A DNA stretch of 64,000 nt from NCBI RefSeq assembly GCF_006345805.1, contig NC_043018.1, positions 12,586,001 to 12,650,000 on the forward strand, given 5' to 3'. Made by a program: the position numbers and the translations under genes. Below the pieces are notes generated by a model. That model searched no databases. It was not told the origin of the DNA and saw only the letters and a program-made list of their open reading frames with translations. This document shows positions 39,300-51,699 of this stretch, in pieces. Each line of letters starts with the position of its first letter. The stretch's first letter is position 1. This stretch comes from Octopus sinensis. Lineage: Eukaryota.

Positions 39300-39700
39300 T
39301 CTATCGCAGACTCTGACTACCTCGATTACCTTATCCACCCTTTTCTCTGCAAGAAGTATACCCACGCCCTCGACCCTGTCAGTGTTCCCTGACCAGAAAA
39401 TTTTGGACCTATGTTCTTCACCTGTGGGAACCTAGCAGAACCTCCTCTCCACCTTACGCCTTGGATGCAGCACAGGTCTGCACGTCTCTGTTCAAGCATA
39501 TCAACAATCTCACTAGACCTACCTTTCAGTTTCCCAACCTTGAGGGTGTGAGACCCTGGGATGGGGGACAGCAGCGTCTTGTACCGTACCTGAAAAGAAG
39601 ACTCGCATTTGGCAGAATTCCTATACAAACAATAGCCTTCAACCTGCATACACTATACCATCATTTTTATATGCTACATGATTGCTACCTTACATAGGAG
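39300..39700 (-). mobile_element. RTE LINE 5' / APE endonuclease fragment
   Basis: LKVGKLKGRSSEIVDMLEQRRADLCCIQGVRWRGGSAR is a typical RTE endonuclease N-terminus. Confidence 0.8.
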
Positions 39701-39792
39701 ATAAACCCTAAGTTAAGCCTTTCGAAGTGTTCATGGAAGACATCCAAGAGATGTCAGAGGATTGAGACTTCCTGTACAGGTGGTGGGGGTGA

Positions 39793-39828
<36 letters not shown>

Positions 39829-40318
39829 GCGTCTTGCTGTTGAAGAGATGCATGGCTACCTGGCAGTGTGTTGGTGTGTGTAGGACTTGTTGAGAAGGAG
39901 ATGAGTTTGCAGTGGTAATATTTTGTGGCTATTGAATGGAATAAAGTTGAAAGATGTGCTAATAATGTTGTTACTTAGTATTCATAATGATCGTGTTGTA
40001 TGTAATACTTGTTTATAAGTACACTTAAAACCGTCAGAAAAAAGCTTAAATGTTTTTGGCAGGTGTCTGTCTATTATGCAGGGTACTTTCACCTCCTACA
40101 TGCATGTCAAAATAGTACGCACTGTTTCCTGAATTCTTTCTTGGAGATAGAAGCTACTACTTTTTTGGAGTAAAGTCTCATAATTTTTCTGTTTTTATTC
40201 CAAGTTATCTAATTTTAATGTAGCTCATATATATAAATTCAATTTTGTTAAACTGAAAAAAAAAACCTAAAAAACTTATATAAACTTTTTTCCAGGTTTA
40301 TGATATTAGAATTGCAAT

Positions 40319-40494
40319 ATGCCACGCAGAGGTGAAGAATCTAGTCCAGCCCCACGGCGTAGCCCTCGGGCGGCTGTAAAAGCTTCTGCTTCTCCAAGTC
40401 CCATTATTCGAGTGTCTCGCAGTCAAAGTTCCTCCAGTGCAGCTAAGCAGTCCACTCCCAAGACACGTGCTGCCAGCCCTTCGCCTAAAGGAAA
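40319..40494 (+). CDS. EEP-fusion gene, coding exon 1 (acceptor at 40295)
   Basis: ATG CCA CGC...AA|gtaagt; MPRRGEESSPAPRRSPRAAVKASASPSP...SPSPKG; composition matches the giant exon; the start codon is inferred. Confidence 0.7.
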
Positions 40495-41331
40495 GTAAGT
40501 TGATTTTATTGTTGTATACCTCCATTTTCTCTTATCTACAGAGTTATAGAAGTAAACTTTGTGTATCTTGTGTAAATAGAGACTTCAGTTTGTCTTGGCT
40601 ACTTAATGGTACTAAGTAATAATTATGTAGCTGTAATTATTTCAGCATTTCTTCTACATATTTCTATGGTTTGACCAAGTTAGTGTATGGCTTGGAACTC
40701 TTTCAACAAATATAATTGGTATAATTAGCAAATAATCATATAGGTTGACAAAAGCTTCATTACTCTACACCAAATTTTGGAATAGTGTGTTGATATCTTT
40801 AACCTTCTGGTGACTATATTTCTGTTAAGATACACTTTTGTAGAGATTTAGTAAAATAACTTTCTTGTTATTGAGCAAGTGTTTAAAACTGCAAACTATT
40901 TTTCACATGAAGTTTTTGATAGAAGCTTTAATTTAAATATGAACATTTAAAGTTTGTGTTAGAGCTACAAGTAATCTTCGACAGATTGGCATGTTATACT
41001 TGTGATAGGTTTCTGTACCAATTTTGCTTACCATATTTCACTACAAACAACCCAAGGCAGCAATGCAGTGGGATTGAACATGAAATTTTGGTTGTGAAAT
41101 GAACTTTTTAACCACACAGTTACATTTGTTAAATCTATAAAACCCTTCTTGATGTGGCTACTCAACAGTATTCTTTTTAGTAAATATATTTTCTAAATAT
41201 TCAGTTAACTCTTTAGTTACCATATATCTGTTGAAATAGAATGCCTTTGTTTTGGTTAATTTTGAAAGTAATGAAAAATTTAGTAAAATAACTTTGTCAT
41301 TATCAATTTTGGGTTTGGAAAATAAAATTAA

Positions 41332-42762
41332 CCCTTTTGTTACTAACCTGGCCGAAAAAGTTTTTGGTTCATAATACCAACCCGGCCAAGAAAACCTATT
41401 GTTATTTAAATGCAAATTTGAACCCAAATCTCGTTGGTACATTCGTTAAAACATGTGATTTCACATTGTAAATAGTTAAGTTATAGTATCCGACATTGCT
41501 TGAAGTGATATCTCAACTCAGTGAATTTTGGGAGATTTTTTTCCACTTTTTTTTCGGCATCGATTTTTCTTCAACTTTGAAAATGGATAGGAGTTTCATG
41601 TTATCAAGCATTGATTCCGAATTTAAAGCTTTTTCAACGGAAAATAGGGAGATATCGAGAAAAAGAATGAATGAGGTCTTAAAGCACGTGGTGTACAATA
41701 ATGCCTGGGATATTTCTTTATCCGTTAACCGAAAGCAGCGATTCCGAAGATGGCGACAGCAAAGACGGTTTTACATCGGAACGAAGTAAAAAAACTTTAA
41801 AAATGTTTTTATTAGCAATTTTTCTGGGGAGATAGTTTATCTATAGTCTTTCTTAGGAAGCGAAACCATTAGACTTTTATTTTTTTCAGTATGCTAGTTT
41901 GAAGCGATCACTTTGGAAACAAATTTACGCAGATTGTAAACAAACACAAAAGTTTGGAAAATTTATGAAGCAAATACTAGGTACTGTTGTGGATTTAGTT
42001 TTTATACAGGGAAACTAATGTTAGTCAGCATGGCTTAGGGTATGATGTGGTCTGGAAGTTATTGTTTGAAGCGATCAATGCCGAAACAAATTTACGCAGA
42101 ATGTAAACAAAACACAAAATGGGGGATCAAGGCATGGAAAATTTGTGAAGCAAATCCTGGGAACTGCTGTGGATTTAGTTTTTATACAGGGAAAATAATG
42201 TTAGTCAGCATGGCCTAGGGAACGATGTGGTTTGGAATTTATCACTTCCATACCATAACCAGGGCCGTATATTATTTTTTGACCGATTTCTTTAGTTCGG
42301 TCAAACTTGTGGTGGATTCCAGTATTTCAGTTTATTCCACCTTTATGGTACACCTGTTGTGCATTAAATTCAACTGATGATCTGGCGATGTGCACAATTC
42401 TTCTTTATCAAAATTTTGTTGCATACCCATTTGAATATTAGCTGATGATTCATTTTCTATGGTGATGTTTAAACAAAATTTTAATATTTTTACCTTTTGC
42501 TCAATTTAAAATTTTAATATTTTTACCTTTTGCTCAATTTACCTGGATTTACCTGTAATTAAAGTCACTTTGAGACAAAGGTTATGCAATAGAATTGATT
42601 AAGAACCCTTTCTTTAATTATGTTCCAAATATCACATTAATATGTTGATAAGTAAAAAAGTTACAGTTATTTAATGAAGCAAGTCTAAATTCATGATTAT
42701 TTTAGAATTTAATTGAAACTCATGAGGGGTGTATTTTGGTCAGAAATATAGTAACGAAAGGG
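41332..42762. mobile_element. 1.43-kb non-autonomous TTAA-specific (piggyBac-type) element
   Basis: TTAA 41328-41331 and 42763-42766; TIRs CCCTTTTGTTACTA and TAGTAACGAAAGGG (13/14 match). Confidence 0.8.
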
Positions 42763-43765
42763 TTAACATGGTTTTGGTGGAAGGTTTTTCTTTAGAGCAC
42801 TTAAAAATAGATGGTTTGTATCATTGTTGTAAGGGTGGTCTCAGGTGAGTTGGTATTCTAAATCTAACATGTAAAAAAATTTCCTCTTACTGTGATCATG
42901 CTGTTTGAGACGTTTTGTGTTGAAATATGACATTATCATCATCTTCAACACTAAGTTAATGTCCGTTTTCCATGCTGGCATGGATTGGACAGCTAGGCAG
43001 GAACTGGCAAGGACAGGAGCCACACCAGGTTCCATAGTCTGTTTTGGCCTGGTTTCTACAGCTGGATGCCCACCACAACTCCAGCCGCTTTACAGAGTGT
43101 ACTGGGTGCTTTTTATGTGGCAGCAGCACCCATGCCAGTGTTTTCTCTGTGACACTTTGGATAACATTTTAAGAAATCTGTGTGATCTGTTGTCAAAAGC
43201 AGTGATGTATTTTTCTTGTAGAAGTAGTAACCAAAGAGCAGATTTCCATTGTAGGTAGAGGTGACAGTTATCTCTGTTGTATTATCTTGATTACTCAGCA
43301 AAAGAGAAGTGGACTTTAGTTATTTTAGAATCTAATTTACCATACGAAAGGATTGTTCATTGTTTTATACAAAACTTGAATATTGAAGTTCTGTTTTCTT
43401 TCCATTTATATACACACACACACACACACACATACATACATATATATATATAGCACTCTGGAGCCTACCCAGCTGTATTTATAGCACAGAATCAATCATC
43501 TTGCTACAGTCAAAAATTGTGAAGCATGACTGTCAACACTACTACATGAACCCGAAGATTGCAGAATTCAATGCATGAAAGTACTAGTTCAATCAGAATG
43601 AATATTTAACATTCTACTATTCATTTTATTTTATTCAATTATAATATATTATCTTATAATATATCATTATAAGATTGTAAATAAAACGTGAAAATCAGAC
43701 AAGGTTGGAATTCTTTTTATTAATATATTCTTCTATACACAATCACACACACCATATATATATAT

Positions 43766-43824
<59 letters not shown>

Positions 43825-43891
43825 AATAGGTTTTGCTTTCTTGCTATTAATTGCCAAAATATGTTGAAAACTTTATGGCTCTCATTTGTAG

Positions 43892-43983
43892 GGCAGCAGC
43901 AAAAGGAGCAAAAAGTAAGGTGAAAGAAGAAACTCCTAAAGCAAGTCAGCGTTCACCTCGGACTCCTGCCAGTAAACAATCAG
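43892..43983 (+). CDS. EEP-fusion gene, coding exon 2
   Basis: tag|G...G|gtattg; (K)AAAKGAKSKVKEETPKASQRSPRTPASKQS; phases 2 and 1 fit both neighbours. Confidence 0.75.
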
Positions 43984-45301
43984 GTATTGTATTCTACTAT
44001 TCCTTACTATGTTGTCTCTAAATTCTCAGCAGACTATATTTATGTCAGTGGACAATTAGAATTGATTTACCATATTTTCCAGCATACAAATCAGTGTAGA
44101 ATATAGTGTAATCATTCAGATATTGTTACTGTCTTTCCAAATTCCACTGCATTCCGCATGGAATGTTTGGTCCTCCAAAGTCATTTTGGGGCATAAAATT
44201 GATCTCCTTTTTTCTTCCTGTAAATTTTGGTCAGAAAATACAGTAATAGTAATAGTAAAAGTAGCTCTAATATTGTAAAGGGCAATTATGTACAGCAGGT
44301 TTAGCCTTGGTTCAACTTGATCACCAGATCTATGAGTAAGTGTGGTTATAATGGTGGTCCCTATTCTTACTTGGTAGATTGGAGTGAATTAATTTTCAGT
44401 CTTGCATTTTAAGCTAGGGCAAGAGATATAGAGCTTAGATTTAATCCTCATGACCTGGTTTCAATTTTCAACTGTTCTATTTCACTTACTCATTAACCTT
44501 TTAGCATTTGAACTGGCCATGTCTGGCCCAAATATTCTACTTATTTTATGTTCAAGCCAGCCAGATACAACCTCTCACACCTACCCTACAATGTCATTCT
44601 AAAAATAAACTATCATATCACCAAAATGTCAAAGCTATGAGACAATGCCTGATTAATTCAAAACAATGTGAGTCAATAAGCATTATATTTGAGAACCGAC
44701 CCTTTGCCAGTTATGAATAAAGTATTCCAGTTGATCTAATGAAAGGAACACCCTGCTCCTGAAATTAATGTGCAATTGGCTGAACGCTCCATAGACATGC
44801 ATAATAACCTTAACTTCGTTCTCAGGAGATTCAGTGTGGCACAGAATGTGATAAGGCTGGTCCTTTCAAATATAGGTACTACTTATTTTTGCCAGCTGAA
44901 AGGACTGGATCAACATGAAATAAAGTGTTTTGCTCAAGGACACAGTGTGCCACTGGGTATCGAGCTCACGACCATGCAATCATTAGCTGAATACTCTAAC
45001 CACTAAGCCGTATGCCTTCACACTGGACTAATGCTCTAGAGAGAGGCTCAAGTTTACAAGATCATGTCTTTTTTTCTTTTGTTGTCATTGTTAATAGAGT
45101 AAATCACTGATAAACATTACTTATGAAAAATCATACAAGCTTTGTAAGTTCTCTGTGTTGCCCAGAATGTTCATAGAAAGAACTATCAGACTGTTTTAAA
45201 AAATACTTCAATAAAGAAGCGCAGTGTAATTTAAAATTACACTCGAGGAGCCAGGAGCTCAGTGTAGCTTAAAACCCTAAAAATTTGGTCAGGTATAACT
45301 C

Positions 45302-45526
45302 TTAACCACTTTCTTACTGTATTTTTGTTGAAAACACCCTCTTTATTTCATTTGATTTCAAAAATAATGAGGAATATAGTAAATTAATTTGTTGCCATTA
45401 TTAAGCTGATTTTTGAACATAAATTAATACAAAATTTTAATGAGATTTTTTGAAATCAATTTAAAACAGGAAGTTTGTAGTAGAGAAGCAAAGGTGGCTT
45501 CAGGCAGTTGGTCACAAAAGGATTAA
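45302..45526. mobile_element. About 220-bp TTAA-flanked MITE-like element
   Basis: TTAACCACTTTCTTAC...GTCACAAAAGGATTAA; internal similarity to 40800-40950 and 41203-41331. Confidence 0.55.
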
Positions 45527-45991
45527 AAAGAACTTCATAAGGCTGGACCAGATTTTATGTAAATAATGTAACTCTTGTTTACTATTAATGATTTAAAAGC
45601 TGAAGAGATACGGTTGATTCTGATGAAGTTTGCCTTAGTAACTATGGTTGCTAACCAGATACAATTTGGTGTGGCAATTTACCATAAATGGTAACTTTAC
45701 ACTATCATTAGCAATAAAGAGGAAGGCATTTATGATCTGAAGAATGGTGTAGATGGTTCTCTCTTGGAGTAGCTCAAACTGATGAGGGTCTTTGAAAGTT
45801 GAGCGTTATTAAGTCTCATTTAATTATTTCATTCAAGCTTTAATAACTGGAGTCTGCACCTACCAGGACCCTTTACTGTTAACAGCATCACTCAGTCTCG
45901 GTGCCACTATAGGTAGGGTTTAGTGGGAACAGATTTGATTTTGGATTTTGTGTGTATATAAATAAAATGTATATTTTTTCCTAATTTTTAG

Positions 45992-48900
45992 GTGATTCCA
46001 AAAAGACACCAGCCAGTCGGACGACAGCCCGGCAGTCATCTGCCAAAAGTGCTGCTAAAGGAAAGGGTCGGCAAAGTAAAGATGCTGAAGAGGAAGAAGA
46101 GTCATCATCTGAGGAAGAGACCACCACTACTCCTACTACTACTACAAAAGGCCGAAGCCGGTCAAAGTCTCAATCTGAAGCGAAAGAGACCCCAACACGG
46201 GGTAAAGCAGGGCGGGGCCAAGCCGCTGCTGCTGCTGCTGAAAAGAAGGGACAAAGTGCTGCAACACGTAAAGGAAAATCTCCGTCTGTCAAAGAGGAAG
46301 AGGCTAGTGCTGAAGAGGATCAGGAAAAAGGTAAAACTCAAAACAAAAAGCCAGCTTCTGCTGATACGGAAGCGCGAACTGAGTCAAGGAGCCGGAGGTC
46401 TGTGGGTCGAAAATCTGAGGAGACAGTGACTGAAGAAGTAGCAAAAGGTAGAACGGCGAGATCCAGAAGTAGGGGCCAGGGGAAGAAAGCTGCAGAAGAG
46501 GAGGAGGTTGATTCTGTTATTGAAGAGCCAAAGGGGCGTGCTGCTCGAGCAAGAAGCAGGGGACAATCAAAGGAAGTGAGTGGTGAAGATGCGAGTAAGT
46601 CAGCAGAGGAAGAGAAAGAAACTGGCAAGAAAGAAAGTAGCGATGTCGTTGAGGAAAGTGAAAGTAAAGTGGTGAGTGATGTGAAGAGTGAATCAGAAAC
46701 AAAGGAGAGCAGCGAGGACCCTGTTCTTAAAGGCATGGCCAAAGGATCAGAGCAGTCCATCTCTGATTCAGAGTGTCGCAAAAGGGGCCATGTTGAAGTT
46801 GAAAAATCACCAGAATGTATTTCACCAGCCTCGAAAAAGAAGCGTGTTGGCAAAGGAGCTGCTGAGACATCTCCAGAAAAGGAATCAACTAAAGTTGCTC
46901 CTGTACCTGAGGAAAAAGCAGGGGCTACCGTTGAGGTTAACAAAAGCAGTAGTACTGTTGATCATAAGCCCAAGTTGGCTGAATCTGAGAAGAAAGCTGA
47001 AGAAAAGAAACCGATTCCAGCACCTGTAACATTATTTACTGAATCTAAAACAACAGAAAGAATTGAGACTGATATGGAAGTTGATGTGGTTGAGAGTCCA
47101 ACAAAGATATCTCAGACGCCATCACCTAAGAAAACTCCCACAAAGCAACCACTTTCAGCAGTTTCCTCGCCTAAGAAAGCTGAACCAGTAGCAGTACAAT
47201 CTACCGTAACAAGTACACCAACTGTAATGGCGACAGCTAAAATGACCACTCCATCGACTGGTGTAATTGATCTGTCAAAGAGTCCAGTAAAGCACCAAAC
47301 TGAAGTTCACATATCAAAAGAGGCCCCTGTTGCAGCTGGGCTTCATTCACCAGTGTCTGCTGGACACCAGCAGCAAAGGGAATCCCCTTCAAAAATTCCT
47401 GCTAAATCTCCAGTGAATCTTACCAAAACTTCAGAACCAGTAAAAACAGTTTCTAAATCAGAGTCCATTGTAATTGAAAGTGCACCAAAATCTTCTCCAA
47501 TATTAGCCAGTGTTCCCAAAACTGAAGACCTGCCAGTTCAGTCATCTTTGACTAAATCTAATTCAGAGACTGTTTCTGCAAAAATAAGCAAAGACGTACC
47601 TGATACATCAGCACCATTGAAGGGCTCTCCATTAAAGTCTGAATCTGTTGTGACTAGTAGTAAAGCACCTCACTCTGGAGAATTGAAACCTCATCCCCTA
47701 CCGTCAGATAAAGCTGTTTCTGATAAAACTGCAAAACCTTCTATAACTCAGCCACTCAGCATGGTTAGTGCAAAACCCCCTGTAATTCAAGCTGCAAGTG
47801 CCAAGACTACCATTGCTATGGAGAGAACTCCACCACCACAAACAACAACTAATGTGACTTCACCATCATCCAAGCCAGCTGCAGTGCCTAGTGTTGGCAG
47901 TTTCCCTGCTAAATCTCCTGTAAAACCTGAACTCAAATCACACACTCCTTCTATTATGGCTTACTCTCCTTCTAAACATTTCCCTGAAACAAGCCAAGTT
48001 GGGTCTCTTGCCAGATCTCATGTCACCATGCATGGCTCTCCTGTAAAATTAGCCAGTCCTGTCACTTCTACTTTCTCACCTGCCAAGTTACCTGATCACT
48101 CTACAATACCTCAAAGACCTTCTGAAGGTTCTTCACTGGCAGTGCCACCAAGCACAACAGGTGTTGATTTATCTTCAAAGCAACCTGGACATAGCTCACC
48201 AGTCACCCCCAAGATAATGAGCTATGCTTCTTCACAATCATTACCTGCTAAACCATCAGGTCCTGCCTCCTTATCTACTCTAAGTACCAAGACCAGCAAC
48301 GTCGAGTCCTTTTCAGGAAAACCTTCTCCAACTCCAATAAGTTCTGTTAGGCCCACTGAGTCTTTGTCCATGGTTTCTAATATCAAAACCCCACCTCAGT
48401 CTGCACCACCAAAAGATAAGCAACCAGTTACTAGCGGAATGCCAAGTGAGAAAGCAATGATTACAGGGAACGTATCTGGAGCATCAAGTGGCACTCGAGA
48501 TATCAGCCCTTCCCATACACACGATTTGTCTCTGAAGCCACCTCATGCTAGTTGTACATCATATCCAATATCAACACCACACACCGGATTTTCCAAATCA
48601 GTTTCATCAGCCCATGCTCCACCTACTACGGCTGCCTTACCCCAAAGGATACCTTTGTGTAAGCCACCTGTTGTAACTGCATCTCCAACTAAAGTTACTT
48701 TAAAACCAAATAGCCCAGTCTCAGAAGTAAAACATTCAGTGACTTCACCTTCTATGTACAGTAAAACAAGTTCCCAGCAGAGTGATACCCATTGCAGCAG
48801 CAAACCCCTCCCTGCTACACAGATGTCTCTGAAATCAGTTCCTCAAACAGCAGCTGAAATATCCACTGCCCCTTCACTGGTAACTACACATGTTGATACA

Positions 48901-51227
48901 AAAGTAGTATCTAGTGCTGCTGCAGAACATAAGCAAAGCAAACCTTACTATTTGGACAAACCACATGTGACTGCATCCTCCATGAAGCCTATCTTGCCAC
49001 CTGATGCAGCTCCACCAAACCCTCTTTATTATTCGTCGTCATCAAAGCCACCAATGTCAACATCTGATATGTCAGCCAGCAAATCGTTTTCTCCAACATT
49101 CCCTTCAAATCCAATGCTTATGTCTGCCATGCCAAAGACACCCTCATCTCCAGCTGATAGTGCGGCCATGTCACGGCATATGGGAACAATGCCCCCCAAG
49201 CCAGCCACTCAAGAAGCTCATCATCCCAGTGCTGGTTTTGCCAAGCTTCCAGGTAGTCCACCTGTAAGTATTGCTGCATCGAAACCTCCAATGGCTCATT
49301 CAGCCAAACCTCAAATTACTCATATGACAGGTGTGGTAACAGCTAAGGCTGCCGTTGCTCATGGTACCAGCATTTCATCCAGTAAACCTCAGATAACTCA
49401 TATGACAGGAACTGTCCCACCAAAAGTTTCATCTCCATCCCCAGCACTCGCTAAACCTCCTGTGACACATATGGCTGGGATAGCCTTACAAAAGCCACAG
49501 GTAACTCACTTGGCTGGTGTTGCTCCTCCAAAACCTCTGATACAATCTAGTGAAAGTGGCCTTTCTTCAAAGCCAGTTGTTTTACATGCCATGGGTTCAG
49601 CTTCAAAACCTATTTCTTCACACCCTTCTAGCCAATCTCCTTCTGTGCCTCCATCTCCAAATAAGATGGAGACACTGTCACATGGTAGCAACACATCTGC
49701 AGACACAGACAGAACGAAATCTTTACATGAGAAATCCCAACCCTTGCCTCTTTATGGCATGGACCCCTCTAAATATATGTCTTCATCGAAGAGCTCTGAT
49801 CCTGGTTGTGGAAGGTTACCAGTCGATATGACTCAGAAGCCGTATGGTGGACATTACATGCCTAAATCTGATGGATCGAATCCATACATGCCCCGGCCAC
49901 AGGGTTCACCAGTCAGCTATGCTAAAGGTTTTAATTTAGAGCAGAAATGTGAACAGCTGCAACATCCCCAAAAGTCAGTCGTTCAGACTGTAAGGGTGTC
50001 AGAGCCTCAAGAAGTTAATCTATCTGCCAATAAACCTAAACCCCTTTTGGCCACACCTGGCAATACAGATCAATTTAAGAAGGAAACTATTGATTTAAAG
50101 GCATCTGCAGCCAACAGCCAAGACAGTTTCAAAGTTAAATCGATGGTCCCCGATGCTACAGTAGTTGGAAGCAAATCTCTTAGCGGACCTCACGACAAAG
50201 TGCCTAGTCTAGCAGTTACATCAAATCCAAAGACTGGAGTTCCAATAACCGGTTGTGGAGCACTAAATGTGACAACTAGCAGCCATGATAGCAAGATGAT
50301 GTCATCCAAACCTCAGCATAACACAGGAAGTTCTGTAAATACACCACAACTTAACAAACCTGCATACTTAGCAGCAGGTCATCCAGTCAGCACTTTTGCT
50401 CCTGTCAGTACTCCTTTATTAGTTACTTCGTCTGGCTCGTCAAAAGCTGAATCAGTTGACGTTATCAATGGCACTAAGACGTCAACAGAATCTCAACAAG
50501 TATGTGATCTAAGCAAAAAGCGTAAAACTGATTCCTCAGAGGAAGACACACACAGCTCCAAGAAAGCTCGTAGTGCCGAGGAAGAAGCAAATCTTGTTGC
50601 TAATGGCCAGAAAACCAGTGGAAGCTCTCAGCAAGCATCTAGGATTGCTGGTGAAACCAAAGTAAACAAGACAGAACCCACACAAGTTTCTCAGTCAAGT
50701 ACACAGAGCAGCTCAAATGTTGATGCTTTACTAACAGACTATGTTGTTGTGAACAAGGATGATGTCCCTCCCAAAGATAGTGTTGAAGTTCGGCAGTCAC
50801 TGCCCAAATCTCAACCTAGTAATCCGAAACCCTCTCTGAAACATCCACTGCCTACATCTCAAAGTACAGCTCCTCAGTTGCCTAAACTCTCAGCAAGTTC
50901 TGGGTTGAGTTGTGGTCCTTCAGGAAGTAGCCCTAATCGAGACACCTTGCTCAGTCGCACTTTCAGATTCAACCCAGCCCTCCCTAGCAACGCAATTATG
51001 GACAAGAGCAGACAGTTCAGTGTTGTATCATATAATATTCTTGCCGACTGTCATTTTTACAAGGTTCAGAAAGACCGCTATCCTGCTGAAGAAAAACTCT
51101 TTCTGGAGCTGCCAGCTCGCCATAAGCGGTTGATGGCTGAACTCTCCTACATAGATGCTGATGTTGTATGTTTGCAGGAAGTAGAACCGGAGTACTATAG
51201 CAAGACACTCTCTCCTGATATGCAAAA
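45992..51227 (+). CDS. EEP-fusion gene, giant coding exon 3 (5236 nt: disordered region plus start of the EEP domain)
   Basis: tag|GT...AA|gtaagt; stop-free; in frame with ORF 46402-51231; ends FSVVSYNILAD...DVVCLQEV. Confidence 0.93.
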
Positions 51228-51414
51228 GTAAGTTGGCATAGTCATTTGATTTTATTCACTTTCCAGATTGACTTGTGTGTAGTTACAAGTTTGCATCTGT
51301 TTCATGTAATTATGTGTTTAATCACAACGTGCAGCACCTTTCACAAATAACTCTGCTTAATGAAAAGTTTTTTAGTGAAATTTGGTAAGCAGAAATTGTG
51401 TGGAAGCTTGTTGG

Positions 51415-51448
<34 letters not shown>

Positions 51449-51699
51449 ACAATTGGAGAAAATCATGGCAAAATGGTACAAGGGACCTTGCTTCAACCAA
51501 CATAACAGGCTTAAGGGTGCGAATAGACTGCTTGCACTGACCTGTAATCCTCATATTTGCAACATCTGCAGGCTTTTTTGCAAATTGTTGGCAGGACTCA
51601 AATAGTCCCATTCAACATAAAACATTAGGACTCACAAAGGAAGTGTAGGTTGCTGTATCCTCATTTGTCAAAATTAGCAGGAGAGTCATCATCGTTAGT

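Noticed and set aside
39829-39915. Possible non-coding 5' exon of the EEP gene
   Set aside because: Only weak AG/GT boundaries; cannot be supported without transcripts
46402-46404. GTG start of the 1609-aa ORF
   Set aside because: The frame is open back to the acceptor at 45991 and splices in phase to two upstream exons
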